Assembly: GCA_964512315.1 (NCBI GenBank) | Contig: CAZEIK010000001.1 | Location: 20,408 to 84,407 of the forward strand | From: an uncultured Candidatus Saccharibacteria bacterium | GTDB taxonomy: Bacteria; Patescibacteriota; Minisyncoccia; Phycocordibacterales; UBA5272 | Direction: 5' to 3' | Length of the DNA: 64,000 nt | Part shown: positions 1 to 9,159 of the stretch, piece after piece | Position numbering within the stretch: the stretch's first letter is position 1 | How the letters are laid out: the number at the start of each line of letters is the position of its first letter | Program-made: the position numbers and the translations under genes | Notes under the pieces: generated by a model | What the model was told of the DNA's origin: nothing | What the model saw: the letters and a program-made list of their open reading frames with translations, nothing else | Database searches by the model: none

Positions 1-238
1 GTCAAAAGTAAAAATGGATATGAATCCAGGTAAGAAAGACAACAAAGAGTATACATATTCGTATCACAGACCACTGCAGCATTATTTCAAAGCGTTTTCT
101 AACGCTGGATTCGCCGTCACTCGCCTCGAAGAGTGGATTAGTCACAAAGAGTCAGAACAAGGTCCAAGAAAAGAAGCCGAAGACAGAGCCCGCCACGAAT
201 TCCCAATGTTTATGTGTATCGAGTTGACAAGTCTCTAG
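1..238 (+). CDS. Class I SAM-dependent methyltransferase, C-terminal fragment (runs in from the window edge)
   Basis: Tail YHRPLQHYFKAF...GFAVTRLEEW...EFPMFM resembles the C-terminus of small class I methyltransferases; 5' part lies outside the window. Confidence 0.6.
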   Translation, partial: SKVKMDMNPGKKDNKEYTYSYHRPLQHYFKAFSNAGFAVTRLEEWISHKESEQGPRKEAEDRARHEFPMFMCIELTSL

Positions 239-280
239 CTTGTTGTTAGTTTTAAAACAGTAGTTTTTTTGGAGAAAAAA

Positions 281-646
281 GTGAAAGCAATTCAAGCTTT
301 CTTTGGCAAAATGGTCCATGTTACCGGCAACTTGGAAGAGGGTAATGAGCAGACGGCAAGACGCCCCGGTGGAAGAGGAAGGGTGATATCTGTGGACCAG
401 TGTCGCCTAGATTTAACTTTTTCTGTAACTGGGTTGGATGACATACAGCTCTCGGTTTGGGTCAGTAATGAGATCAAATCTAACGCTCTCGCTGCTATCA
501 ATCGTTTACCAACCAACTGGTTCCGTTTGTCTCGCATTACGAACGTTTGTGACACCTTCAGAATCTTCAAAGAAAGTCACCCTCAAGAAATGTTCAGACT
601 TTACCCAGTATTGCGTGTAGAATCAAAAATAATTATCCCAAAATGA
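281..646 (+). CDS. Hypothetical protein (orphan)
   Basis: ORF 269..646; GGAG at 271-274 six nt before in-frame GTG at 281; followed by a hairpin. Confidence 0.5.
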   Translation: MKAIQAFFGKMVHVTGNLEEGNEQTARRPGGRGRVISVDQCRLDLTFSVTGLDDIQLSVWVSNEIKSNALAAINRLPTNWFRLSRITNVCDTFRIFKESHPQEMFRLYPVLRVESKIIIPK

Positions 647-690
647 AAATGGGAGCGACCACTTCAGTGGTCGCTCCCATTTCTTTTTTT
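647..690. terminator. Bidirectional intrinsic terminator
   Basis: AAATGGGAGCGACCAC-ttca-GTGGTCGCTCCCATTT then T run, between convergent genes. Confidence 0.8.
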
Positions 691-1253
691 TATTTAGCTT
701 TTTTATAAGCGAAGTAGGAGATAAGTAGTACTGTTAGTCCGACAATGACAGACATGAGCGGCATAGTCACAAATCCAAAACTGACAACTTTTGCAGACTC
801 ACAACTTGCAACGAGTGGGTTAGGTGAGCATGGCATTGTAAGTGCGCTTTCACCCATTACATATTTGCGAAAGTGGAATGAGTAGTGATAAGTCGCCACA
901 AGAGTGGTCAGTGCTGCGAATATACTGATGAAGTGATGTGCAGCTCTTGTCTTTTTAAAGACTTCCACAATTGCAATCAGCAACATGCCGTATATGGTCA
1001 CACGCTGATACCAGCAGAACATACAAGGCGGGTCATTGTATACATATTCATACATATTTGCACCCACAACACCGAAGGCCACAATTGCTATTATTGCAGT
1101 CATCCAAGATTGATAAGAGATTTTTGAGACTAGGTTTTTAAATTTGTTATTTGTAAAATATAAAACCAAAACAATAATGTCTAGTGCAAGCAATGCCGCA
1201 ACTCCGACTGAGTTCAGGTCCGAGAACTGTTGAAAAGAAAGTATTTGATCCAT
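690..1253 (-). CDS. dsbB: Disulfide bond formation protein, DsbB/BdbC family
   Basis: Multi-TM protein with PCMFCWYQR motif, second Cys pair and FGFVTMPLMS. Confidence 0.85.
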   Translation of the reverse strand: MDQILSFQQFSDLNSVGVAALLALDIIVLVLYFTNNKFKNLVSKISYQSWMTAIIAIVAFGVVGANMYEYVYNDPPCMFCWYQRVTIYGMLLIAIVEVFKKTRAAHHFISIFAALTTLVATYHYSFHFRKYVMGESALTMPCSPNPLVASCESAKVVSFGFVTMPLMSVIVGLTVLLISYFAYKKAK

Positions 1254-1254
1254 A

Positions 1255-1425
1255 TTATATTATTATATCAATAAGTAAGAGTATCGCTGCGATTATGATC
1301 CCATATGTTCCAAGTGCTGCCATTGCTAGGTCCATGAAGCTGCCCGACGGGAAGGTGATAATGTGTGAGGCGACTATTGAGATTATCGATAGCGCGAATA
1401 TTATAAAAGCAACTTTCTTAAGCAT
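1255..1425 (-). CDS. Small 2-TM membrane protein, 56 aa (not in ORF track)
   Basis: Manual translation MLKKVAFIIFALSIISIVASHIITFPSGSFMDLAMAALGTYGIIIAAILLLIDIII; fills the thrS-dsbB gap with 2-nt and 1-nt spacers. Confidence 0.65.
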   Translation of the reverse strand: MLKKVAFIIFALSIISIVASHIITFPSGSFMDLAMAALGTYGIIIAAILLLIDIII

Positions 1426-1427
1426 AT

Positions 1428-3194
1428 TTATTTTTTATTTTTTAATTCCTCTCCTAGTCTAGTCACTAACTCATCAATAGTAATGCTGACCTTTTCGCCA
1501 CCTCTTGACTCGAGGGTTACAGTTTTACCTTCAACTTCTGCATCACCAATCACAATCCAATACGGCACCTTCATGTCTTTGGCGGCACGCACTTTTTTAC
1601 CTAGACCATTTTTATCATCGTCTAACTCTGACTGGATACCAATATTTTTAAGTTGATTGTGTACCTCTGTTGCATACGCTAAATGCTTATCATTGTTGAT
1701 AGGGATAATAGACACAGCTGTTGGTGCGAGCCAAAGAGGGAAGTCTCCAGCAGAATGCTCGAGATATACTGACATGAATCTCTCTAGTGATCCAGCGATG
1801 GCGCAGTGTATCATCACAGGCATCTCGCGCTTACCTTCTTCATTAACGTACTCGAGACCAAAGTTAGTCGGCTGAACAAAGTCCACCTGTATAGTCCCCA
1901 CCTGATGAGTGCGACCGATCGCGTCTTTGGCCATGAAGTCAACTTTAGGGCCATAGAATGCGGCCTCGCCTTCGCCATCTATCCATTTGCCAGCAGCTCT
2001 TTCGTCCAGTAATGACTTGATTGCTGACTCTGCCTTTTCCCATAACTCTGGATTACCTTTGAATTTGGGATCGTTGTCACGTCTTGAGAAACGGGGAGTG
2101 AGAGTGGTAAATCCAAAAGTCGAATAGAATCTTTCGATAAGATTCCATATATTGTTCATCTCTTCTTTTAATTGTGACTCACGGCAGAATACGTGAGCGT
2201 CATCTTGAGTGATAGACAGTACACGTGTTAGACCGTTTAGTTCACCTGATTGCTCATCGCGATACACCATAGTTGTCTCCGAGTAACGAATAGGGAGTTC
2301 TTTGTAGCTGCGCAGACTGCTGGCATATATCTGTGCATGATGAGGACAATTCATTGGCTTCATACATAATGTATGCCCATCACGAGTTTCTATTTTGAAA
2401 AGGTCCTCGGCGTATTTATCCCAGTGACCAGACTTTTTGTACAAGTCGCTTTTTGTAACGTGAGGTATTGTAACTGGCGCATAATTGTACTCGCTGCGTA
2501 GTTCTTGTACATAATTATTAACCTTGTTTCTGATGTATGTTCCGCGTGGTGTCCAAAGTGGTAGTCCTGGTCCGACCAGGTCTGAGAATATGAATAGTCC
2601 AAGCTCGCGGCCAAGTACGCGATGATCACGCTTTTTGGCTTCTTCTATTTGCTTCTCGTAATTTTCTAATTCTTCTTTTGTATCGAATGCAAGACCGTAT
2701 ACACGAGTTAGCATTTTGTTTTTCTCGTCACCTCTCCAGTACGCTCCTGCTGCATGGGTTACTCTAAAGCTTCCGATTTCGATTTGATTTATATTCTCAA
2801 TATGTCCGCCACGGCACAAGTCGGTAAATTCTGACCCGTCAGCAAAATGTATAGTGTAAAAAGTAATCTTCTCGCCACGGGCGTTGATCTCTTCTATTAG
2901 CTCTTTCTTGTATTCATTGCCATCTACAATCTTTAAAGCCTCATCTAATGTAACCTCCTTGTGTGAAAAAGTTCCTCCTTTTTTGACTTTATTTTCTACT
3001 AGCTTTGTTATCTCTTCAAAATCTCCTGGGGTGGCAGGCCTGTCTCCATTTGAGAAGTCTATGTCATAATAAAAACCATTATCTATCGCAGGACCAAGGG
3101 TTAACTTGGCTCCAGGGTACTTTTCTATTATTACACTAGCCGTTAGGTGTGCCAGTGTATGCCTTGCCGCAGCGAGATCTACTTTTTCTTGCAT
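1428..3194 (-). CDS. thrS: Threonine--tRNA ligase (no N-terminal TGS domain)
   Basis: RHTLAH, DLCRGGH, RDHRVLG, KPMNCP, FYGPK; start taken at MQEKV. Confidence 0.97.
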   Translation of the reverse strand: MQEKVDLAAARHTLAHLTASVIIEKYPGAKLTLGPAIDNGFYYDIDFSNGDRPATPGDFEEITKLVENKVKKGGTFSHKEVTLDEALKIVDGNEYKKELIEEINARGEKITFYTIHFADGSEFTDLCRGGHIENINQIEIGSFRVTHAAGAYWRGDEKNKMLTRVYGLAFDTKEELENYEKQIEEAKKRDHRVLGRELGLFIFSDLVGPGLPLWTPRGTYIRNKVNNYVQELRSEYNYAPVTIPHVTKSDLYKKSGHWDKYAEDLFKIETRDGHTLCMKPMNCPHHAQIYASSLRSYKELPIRYSETTMVYRDEQSGELNGLTRVLSITQDDAHVFCRESQLKEEMNNIWNLIERFYSTFGFTTLTPRFSRRDNDPKFKGNPELWEKAESAIKSLLDERAAGKWIDGEGEAAFYGPKVDFMAKDAIGRTHQVGTIQVDFVQPTNFGLEYVNEEGKREMPVMIHCAIAGSLERFMSVYLEHSAGDFPLWLAPTAVSIIPINNDKHLAYATEVHNQLKNIGIQSELDDDKNGLGKKVRAAKDMKVPYWIVIGDAEVEGKTVTLESRGGEKVSITIDELVTRLGEELKNKK

Positions 3195-3249
3195 GAGATA
3201 ATAATAACACAATAATCTTAGTCTGTATAAGGCTATAAATGGTTTTCTA

Positions 3250-3277
3250 TTGACAATTTCGGTGGGTGCTCTATAGT
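3250..3277 (+). promoter_or_regulatory. Sigma70-type promoter for htpX
   Basis: TTGACA-16 nt-TATAGT, 10 nt before the ATG. Confidence 0.65.
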
Positions 3278-3287
3278 ATTTAGACAC

Positions 3288-4181
3288 ATGAATAAAAACC
3301 ATCTTTTAGAACAAAGGTCAACTAATAATATTAAGACTTTTATTTTATTAGCAGGCATAACTGGAGCGATACTAGCTCTCGGGTACCTGGTTTCTATCGC
3401 CACAGGTAATACTAATTATCTCTGGATGGCCTTTATTATTGCTTTGGTGCAGAATGTCGCTAGTTACTTTTTTTCTGATCGTATTGCTCTGTCTATGAGT
3501 GGGGCGGTGCCAGCCGACGAGCAGAAGTACGCCGACCTACATGAAATAGTCGCAACTCTTGCAAGTAAGTATGACTTACCAAAGCCATCTGTCTACGTTA
3601 TCAACGATCCAGCACCTAATGCTTTTGCTACTGGTCGTAACGCTGAGCATTCAGCGGTGGCTGCAACCACGGGCTTACTCGCTATGCTTAATCGTGGAGA
3701 GTTGGAGGGTGTTATGGCTCACGAGCTGAGCCACATTAAGAATAAAGACATATTGATAATGTCTGTAGTTGTGGTTATGGCTAGCGTCTTGTCTACTCTT
3801 GCCAACTTTGCCATGCATGCATCATTTGTTGGAGGTAAAGATAGGAACAATAACGCACTCGTTACAATTATAGGAGTGGTTGCGAGTCTAATTATCCCAA
3901 TAGCTGCAGTAATAATACAATCATCAATATCAAGGAAGCGTGAGTTCATGGCAGACGCGGGAGGAGCGTTACTTACTGGATACCCAGAGGGACTAGCGAG
4001 CGCTTTAGTAAAGATTTCTAATTTTAAGCAGCCAATGCAGAACGCTAATCCAGCAACTGCACACCTTTATATATCTTGCCCATTAGGCGGAACTGAGCAT
4101 CAGACATTTTTCCAGAAGCTGTTCATGACTCATCCTCCAGTTGCTGAGCGCGTTGCTGCTCTTCGTGGTGAGACAAATTAG
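3288..4181 (+). CDS. htpX: Zinc metalloprotease HtpX (M48)
   Basis: PNAFATGR, HELSH, SRKREFMAD, THPP. Confidence 0.95.
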   Translation: MNKNHLLEQRSTNNIKTFILLAGITGAILALGYLVSIATGNTNYLWMAFIIALVQNVASYFFSDRIALSMSGAVPADEQKYADLHEIVATLASKYDLPKPSVYVINDPAPNAFATGRNAEHSAVAATTGLLAMLNRGELEGVMAHELSHIKNKDILIMSVVVVMASVLSTLANFAMHASFVGGKDRNNNALVTIIGVVASLIIPIAAVIIQSSISRKREFMADAGGALLTGYPEGLASALVKISNFKQPMQNANPATAHLYISCPLGGTEHQTFFQKLFMTHPPVAERVAALRGETN

Positions 4182-4196
4182 GTGTATACTAACAAT

Positions 4197-4787
4197 ATGA
4201 AAAATAAAGGTTTACTTATTTTAGGTGGATTGGTAGTTTTGTTATTAATACTAGGGAGCTTTAGTTATAATAATTTTGTAAAGCTTGGCGAGGATACTAA
4301 TGCTAAATGGGCGCAAGTTACTACTCAGTATCAACGTCGTTATGATCTTATTCCTAATCTTGTGGCAACTGTTCAAGGTGTTGCCAAGCAAGAGAAAGAT
4401 GTATTTGTTGGTATCGCTGAGGCTCGTGCTAAGGTTGGTCAGGTTACTCTTTCTAAGGAGGCATTGTCTGATCCGCAAGCACTTAAGAATTTTAATGATG
4501 CACAAGGCCAGCTTGGGGTTATGGTTTCTAGATTGCTTTCTGTTGCTGAGCAATACCCACAATTAAAATCTAATGAGAACTTTTCATCTCTACAAAAAGA
4601 AATAGAAGGTACAGAGAATAGAATCGCTGTGGCCAGGAAAGACTTCAACGATGTTGTTCAGACTTACAACACAAAAGTAAAAACTTTCCCAGGAGTGTTA
4701 TTCGCTAAAATATTCGGTTTCGACGTTCGCCCATATTTTGAGTTACAACAAAATGGTGCTGAAGTTGCTCCTACAGTTAAGTTCTAA
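4197..4787 (+). CDS. lemA: LemA family protein
   Basis: YQRRYDLIPNLV, EQYPQLKS, EGTENRIAVAR. Confidence 0.95.
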   Translation: MKNKGLLILGGLVVLLLILGSFSYNNFVKLGEDTNAKWAQVTTQYQRRYDLIPNLVATVQGVAKQEKDVFVGIAEARAKVGQVTLSKEALSDPQALKNFNDAQGQLGVMVSRLLSVAEQYPQLKSNENFSSLQKEIEGTENRIAVARKDFNDVVQTYNTKVKTFPGVLFAKIFGFDVRPYFELQQNGAEVAPTVKF

Positions 4788-4795
4788 TATTTAAT

Positions 4796-5689
4796 ATGAA
4801 AAAGGCACTTGTATTATCATTTTTTATAGGTGCCTTTTTCATTTCTAATGTATTCGCTTTTGATATTCCTTATAAAGCGTCTGGATTCGTTAATGACTTT
4901 GCTAATGTTTTGTCGAGTGACAAAAAAGAAGAATTAGAGCAAGAGCTGTCCAACTTTAGAGCAAGCACTACAAATGAAATAGTAGTAGTCATAATCCCAA
5001 ATATGTCGGGGAGGTATATTGAGGAGTATGCGACTCAAATGTTCCGTGAGTGGGGAGTTGGTTCAAAACAGAATAACAATGGAGTTTTACTTTTAATTTC
5101 CCTAGAAGAAAGAAAAGACAGGATAGAAGTTGGATATGGCCTCGAGGGTGCGCTCACAGACCTGCAAAGTGATCAAATTTTAAAAACAGTTAATACATAT
5201 TTGAAAGAGGGCGACTATGACTCAGCTGTTCAGGTTGGGGCAAGCAGTATAATGTCTGCCGTGCAGGGCGAGTACAAAGCTGAAGACAACTCGGCGCCCA
5301 CAGCTTTTCTTTCTAGCTTGAGTCCTGATGTATTCATGGGGGCGATATTCTTTTTCTTCTTTTTCGTTATACCTTGGACTGCTGCGATATTAGGCAGGAC
5401 TAAGAGCTGGTGGTTAGGTGGTGTTGTGGGTTTCGTTTTGGCTGCTTTGTTGTTCGTATTTCTGATCAAAACATTATTCGTGTTCCTGTTAACATTAATT
5501 GGTTTACTCTTTGACTATGTAGTTTCTAAGAATTACGGCAAAGCCAAGTCGTCAGGCTCGGATCCTTCTTGGTGGGCGGGAGGCAGGCATATGGGTGGCG
5601 GATTCGGAGGGTTCAACTCCTCATCGGGAGGCTTCGGCGGATTCGGCGGTGGGTCATCAGGCGGAGGCGGCTCAAGTAGCAGCTGGTAG
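4796..5689 (+). CDS. TPM domain-containing protein with Gly-rich tail
   Basis: VNDFANVL, NNGVLLLI, RIEVGYGLEG, GGGSSGGGG tail; typical lemA neighbour. Confidence 0.92.
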   Translation: MKKALVLSFFIGAFFISNVFAFDIPYKASGFVNDFANVLSSDKKEELEQELSNFRASTTNEIVVVIIPNMSGRYIEEYATQMFREWGVGSKQNNNGVLLLISLEERKDRIEVGYGLEGALTDLQSDQILKTVNTYLKEGDYDSAVQVGASSIMSAVQGEYKAEDNSAPTAFLSSLSPDVFMGAIFFFFFFVIPWTAAILGRTKSWWLGGVVGFVLAALLFVFLIKTLFVFLLTLIGLLFDYVVSKNYGKAKSSGSDPSWWAGGRHMGGGFGGFNSSSGGFGGFGGGSSGGGGSSSSW

Positions 5690-5720
5690 TTGACTTTTTA
5701 TTAGTTTGTTGTAGTATATT

Positions 5721-6179
5721 GTGCACATGAAAAGAAAGGGTTTAATATTTTTGGATGGCGCAACGCATATTTTGAATGCTTTGGTTGAGAGGGGTGAAGG
5801 GTTGAAGCTAAATACTTTTACTTTTGGATTTTCTTTTTTCTTTGGGCTACTGATCACATCTTTTGCGTTACTTTGGAGTGGGCCATTATCTTTTATAGGT
5901 ATCACAATTTTAATCCCCTTTTTAATAGTTTCTTTTACAAGTTTTTTTATAACACCAATAGTAATGTCTGGTATTGCAAACGCTTACATGCTTCAGAATA
6001 GAGTTAAGAAGATATCAGTTAAGAACTTTATTTTGGGTGTTGCATTTTGTGTTTCGTTTTGGGTTATACCATATGTAGGGCTTTGTTTGTGGTTCATTTT
6101 GTTCTTATATTGTTTCGGCGTATTGTGTGAGTATATAAGGAATGCTTACTTTTATTGGAAATATAGTGTAGCAGCTTAG
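5721..6179 (+). CDS. Hypothetical membrane protein
   Basis: Several hydrophobic segments; no family recognised. Confidence 0.55.
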   Translation: MHMKRKGLIFLDGATHILNALVERGEGLKLNTFTFGFSFFFGLLITSFALLWSGPLSFIGITILIPFLIVSFTSFFITPIVMSGIANAYMLQNRVKKISVKNFILGVAFCVSFWVIPYVGLCLWFILFLYCFGVLCEYIRNAYFYWKYSVAA

Positions 6180-6216
6180 TGTATCTTTAACTTTTATCTG
6201 TGCTACACTTTGATAT

Positions 6217-6756
6217 ATGACAAAGTTTGGGTATTTGGTCCTCGTGCTTATTATCTCTACTATTTCTCTGGGCGGTTATGGAGTTTATTATTTGAGTCAC
6301 AAAATTTCTAATGTTGAGCCTGTTCAGACTGCGTCAGAGGTTAGCTCTTCATCTACTGTGGAGGCAGTTGTGGCTACTACAACTGAAGTTGCAACCGGTA
6401 GTATCGTATATATTAATGAGGACTTTGGATTCAAATTAACACTGCCTAGCACGTGGGCTGGTTACAAAGTATCAACAGGAACTGTCGACAGAGGTCAGTC
6501 TGTAACAATCACACCCGCCTGGTCCACTAATGATAAAAATAGAGAATTTGTCCCGGTTCTAATATATCCAAAAGATGTGTGGGTAGCTTGGGAGAAGAAT
6601 AATTTTGAAGATTATAAGACAGCTGCACCAATTGGTCCAACTGAAAGAGGAAGAAATTCTGACTTTGTTTTTGCTACTGCCCCTAGGTATAATTTCTCAT
6701 TTGGCACAGGTACCGAGGAAGTGGAGGGCATAGTTAAAAGTATTAAGTCCTTCTAG
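6217..6756 (+). CDS. Hypothetical membrane-anchored extracellular protein
   Basis: N-terminal TM, S/T-rich linker, YINEDFGFKLTLPSTW segment like PsbP-related CPR surface proteins. Confidence 0.7.
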   Translation: MTKFGYLVLVLIISTISLGGYGVYYLSHKISNVEPVQTASEVSSSSTVEAVVATTTEVATGSIVYINEDFGFKLTLPSTWAGYKVSTGTVDRGQSVTITPAWSTNDKNREFVPVLIYPKDVWVAWEKNNFEDYKTAAPIGPTERGRNSDFVFATAPRYNFSFGTGTEEVEGIVKSIKSF

Positions 6757-6795
6757 TTTACTATTGAAGGTATTCGTGATATTATAGAGGAGTAC

Positions 6796-7059
6796 ATGAA
6801 AAAGTTATTCGTAGGCGGTATACCATTTAAATATGGTGACCAAGACCTTGCAGCGTTGTTTACCCCTTTTGGGCAAGTAATATCAGCAAAGGTGATTATT
6901 GATAGAGCAATGAATCGCTCAAAAGGATTCGGTTTCGTTGAAATGAATGCAGCGGATGCCGACAAAGCGGTCGCAGCCTTAGATGGTAGCGATCTAGAGG
7001 GACGCAGTCTTGTTGTAAACGAGGCTCGCCCAATGGTTCCACGCGACAACCGCAACTAA
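6796..7059 (+). CDS. RRM-domain RNA-binding protein
   Basis: RNP2 LFVGGI, RNP1 KGFGFVEM, VNEARP; GAGGAG SD upstream. Confidence 0.95.
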   Translation: MKKLFVGGIPFKYGDQDLAALFTPFGQVISAKVIIDRAMNRSKGFGFVEMNAADADKAVAALDGSDLEGRSLVVNEARPMVPRDNRN

Positions 7060-7074
7060 ATTTATTTAGAAAAT

Positions 7075-7104
7075 ACAAAAATCCCGCTCACGCGGGATTT
7101 TTGT
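7075..7104 (+). terminator. Intrinsic terminator
   Basis: ACAAAAATCCCGC-tcac-GCGGGATTTTTGT. Confidence 0.75.
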
Positions 7105-7116
7105 TATAATGCCATT

Positions 7117-9087
7117 ATGAAATACACACAATTAGACAGTAATGATTTTGCTTGGGTGAAGATGCAAGAAAAAGAAATACTCTCTTTCCCGGCTAAAGCA
7201 AATGCAAAGATAGTTAGCACATTAGCTGATATTAAAAATATTAAAAAAGAAGATAGGACATTCGCTAACACTGTGGCGGCCTATGAGAATGCCAACGACG
7301 CAGAGAGCAAAACTTTCCACCAGATTAACTTGTTAGGAATGGTCAGCGATAAAAAGAATATTCGTGAAGCGGCACGCAAGGCTGAGGTTGAGTTCTCCAA
7401 ATACGCAGTCGACATTGCTTATGACGAAGGTATATACAAAGCAGTAAAGGAATATTATTCATACAACTACAAAAAAGAAAAAAAGAACCTAGACAGTGAG
7501 GATGATAAGTTAATCAAAGACATGATGTTAGGCTTCAAGAGATTAGGGTTCGACTTGCCTAATAGTGACAGAGAGAAGCTAAAGAAAATAGACAAAAAGT
7601 GTAGCGAGCTTGCTAATGAGTATGATGCGCGTATCAATGAAAATGCTGATTATATATTATGTAGCAAGGATGAGTTAGATGGCATACCAGAACAAATTAT
7701 AAACTCTTTTGCGATGGAATCGGGTAAGTACAAGGTCACATTGCAATACCCAGAGTATGGACCATTTATGCGTTATGCTAAGAATAGAAAAAAGAGAGAG
7801 GAGTTATATAAGCTATTCAACAATGTGGGAGGACAGAGGAATGTGTCTATTTTAAAAGAGCTGGTGAAGTTGCGTGTACAGAGAGCTAAGATATTAGGAT
7901 ATGACAATCATGCTGAATTCAAGCTTGAGGTTCGTATGGCCAAAAATAGTAAGAATGTTTATAAGATGAAGTATGATCTTTTGAAAAATCTTTCCTCTCA
8001 ATTTAAAAAAGATTATGAGTTGATTAAGGGTGAAGCTAAATCTCTTGGGTACAAAGATGTGAAAACTTCCGACACAGGATTTATTATGAATGCCATAAGA
8101 CAGAGAGATTATGCATTAGATGAGCAAGAGGTTAGGCAATATTTCGAGTCGGGCAGTGTGATGGATTTTATGTTTGAATTCTTCGGTAATCTTTTTGGAT
8201 TCAAAGTCATAGAGTCTAAGATAAAAGTCTGGCACAAAGATGTGAAGCTATTCGAGATACAAGACAAAAAGTCCAAGTCGACTGTTGCCTACCTCGCTGC
8301 AGACCTCTACCCTCGAGAAGGCAAGTTCAGTCATGCGTGTATGATGCCAATGATAGAAGGGCAGAGACTAGATAAGAATTTATATCGCACACCTTTTGCT
8401 GTTCTAATTTGCAATTTTTCAAAGCCGAACAAGTCTGTGCCATCATTATTAACTACAGGTGAAGTGGAGACTCTTTTCCATGAATTCGGTCACGGTCTTC
8501 ACAGTCTTCTGACTGAGGCCAAATATGCAACACACTCTGGTACTAATGTCGTATGGGACTTCGTAGAGATGCCGAGCCAAATAATGGAGCAGTGGGTAAC
8601 CGAACCACAAATACTCAAGAGTCTAGGCAAGCATTACAAGACAGGCGCACCTATGCCAAGCGAGCTGATTAACAAAATAGTAAATGCTAACAAATTGTTC
8701 CAGTCCGTCTTCTATACTAAGCAGTCCATACAAGCGCTATTAGACCTAGACCTCTACACAGGAGTTACCACTGACCCGGTCAAACATTTTCATTCACTCA
8801 TGAGTCAGTACATGTTGCCCGAGTCCAAAGGTGTACTGTTTGCCTCTAGATTCTCACACATTGTTGGCGGCTATGACGCGGGCTACTATTCATATCTCTG
8901 GGCAGAAAGATTGGCTCATGACGCTTTTAGTATTTTTAAAGAGGGCGGGCTCAGCAACAAGACTATAGGCGCAAGATATAGAAAAGAAATACTTTCTCGT
9001 GGTGGTAGCCGTGAGGAAAAAGAAAGCATAGAAAAGTTCCTCGGCCGAAAGCCATCCAACAAGGCTTTCCTAAATAAGCTGAAGTAG
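7117..9087 (+). CDS. M3 family metallopeptidase (thimet oligopeptidase-like)
   Basis: DLYPREGK, FHEFGH, DFVEMPSQ, GYYSYLW. Confidence 0.95.
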   Translation: MKYTQLDSNDFAWVKMQEKEILSFPAKANAKIVSTLADIKNIKKEDRTFANTVAAYENANDAESKTFHQINLLGMVSDKKNIREAARKAEVEFSKYAVDIAYDEGIYKAVKEYYSYNYKKEKKNLDSEDDKLIKDMMLGFKRLGFDLPNSDREKLKKIDKKCSELANEYDARINENADYILCSKDELDGIPEQIINSFAMESGKYKVTLQYPEYGPFMRYAKNRKKREELYKLFNNVGGQRNVSILKELVKLRVQRAKILGYDNHAEFKLEVRMAKNSKNVYKMKYDLLKNLSSQFKKDYELIKGEAKSLGYKDVKTSDTGFIMNAIRQRDYALDEQEVRQYFESGSVMDFMFEFFGNLFGFKVIESKIKVWHKDVKLFEIQDKKSKSTVAYLAADLYPREGKFSHACMMPMIEGQRLDKNLYRTPFAVLICNFSKPNKSVPSLLTTGEVETLFHEFGHGLHSLLTEAKYATHSGTNVVWDFVEMPSQIMEQWVTEPQILKSLGKHYKTGAPMPSELINKIVNANKLFQSVFYTKQSIQALLDLDLYTGVTTDPVKHFHSLMSQYMLPESKGVLFASRFSHIVGGYDAGYYSYLWAERLAHDAFSIFKEGGLSNKTIGARYRKEILSRGGSREEKESIEKFLGRKPSNKAFLNKLK

Positions 9088-9159
9088 TTTTTAGTTGACA
9101 GGCTGGTAATTAATGTTGTTTTCTGATATAATTGCGGAACATTTTAGATTTTATTATAT

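Noticed and set aside
3195-3302. N-terminal extensions in the ORF track (thrS; also rpsA 50834..50992, rnhB 23545, secA 36192, glyQS 60456)
   Set aside because: They overlap promoters or neighbouring genes; recognisable protein sequence begins at the later ATG
5590-5680. GGC/GGA-rich repeats as a DNA repeat element
   Set aside because: They encode the usual Gly/Ser tail of TPM proteins
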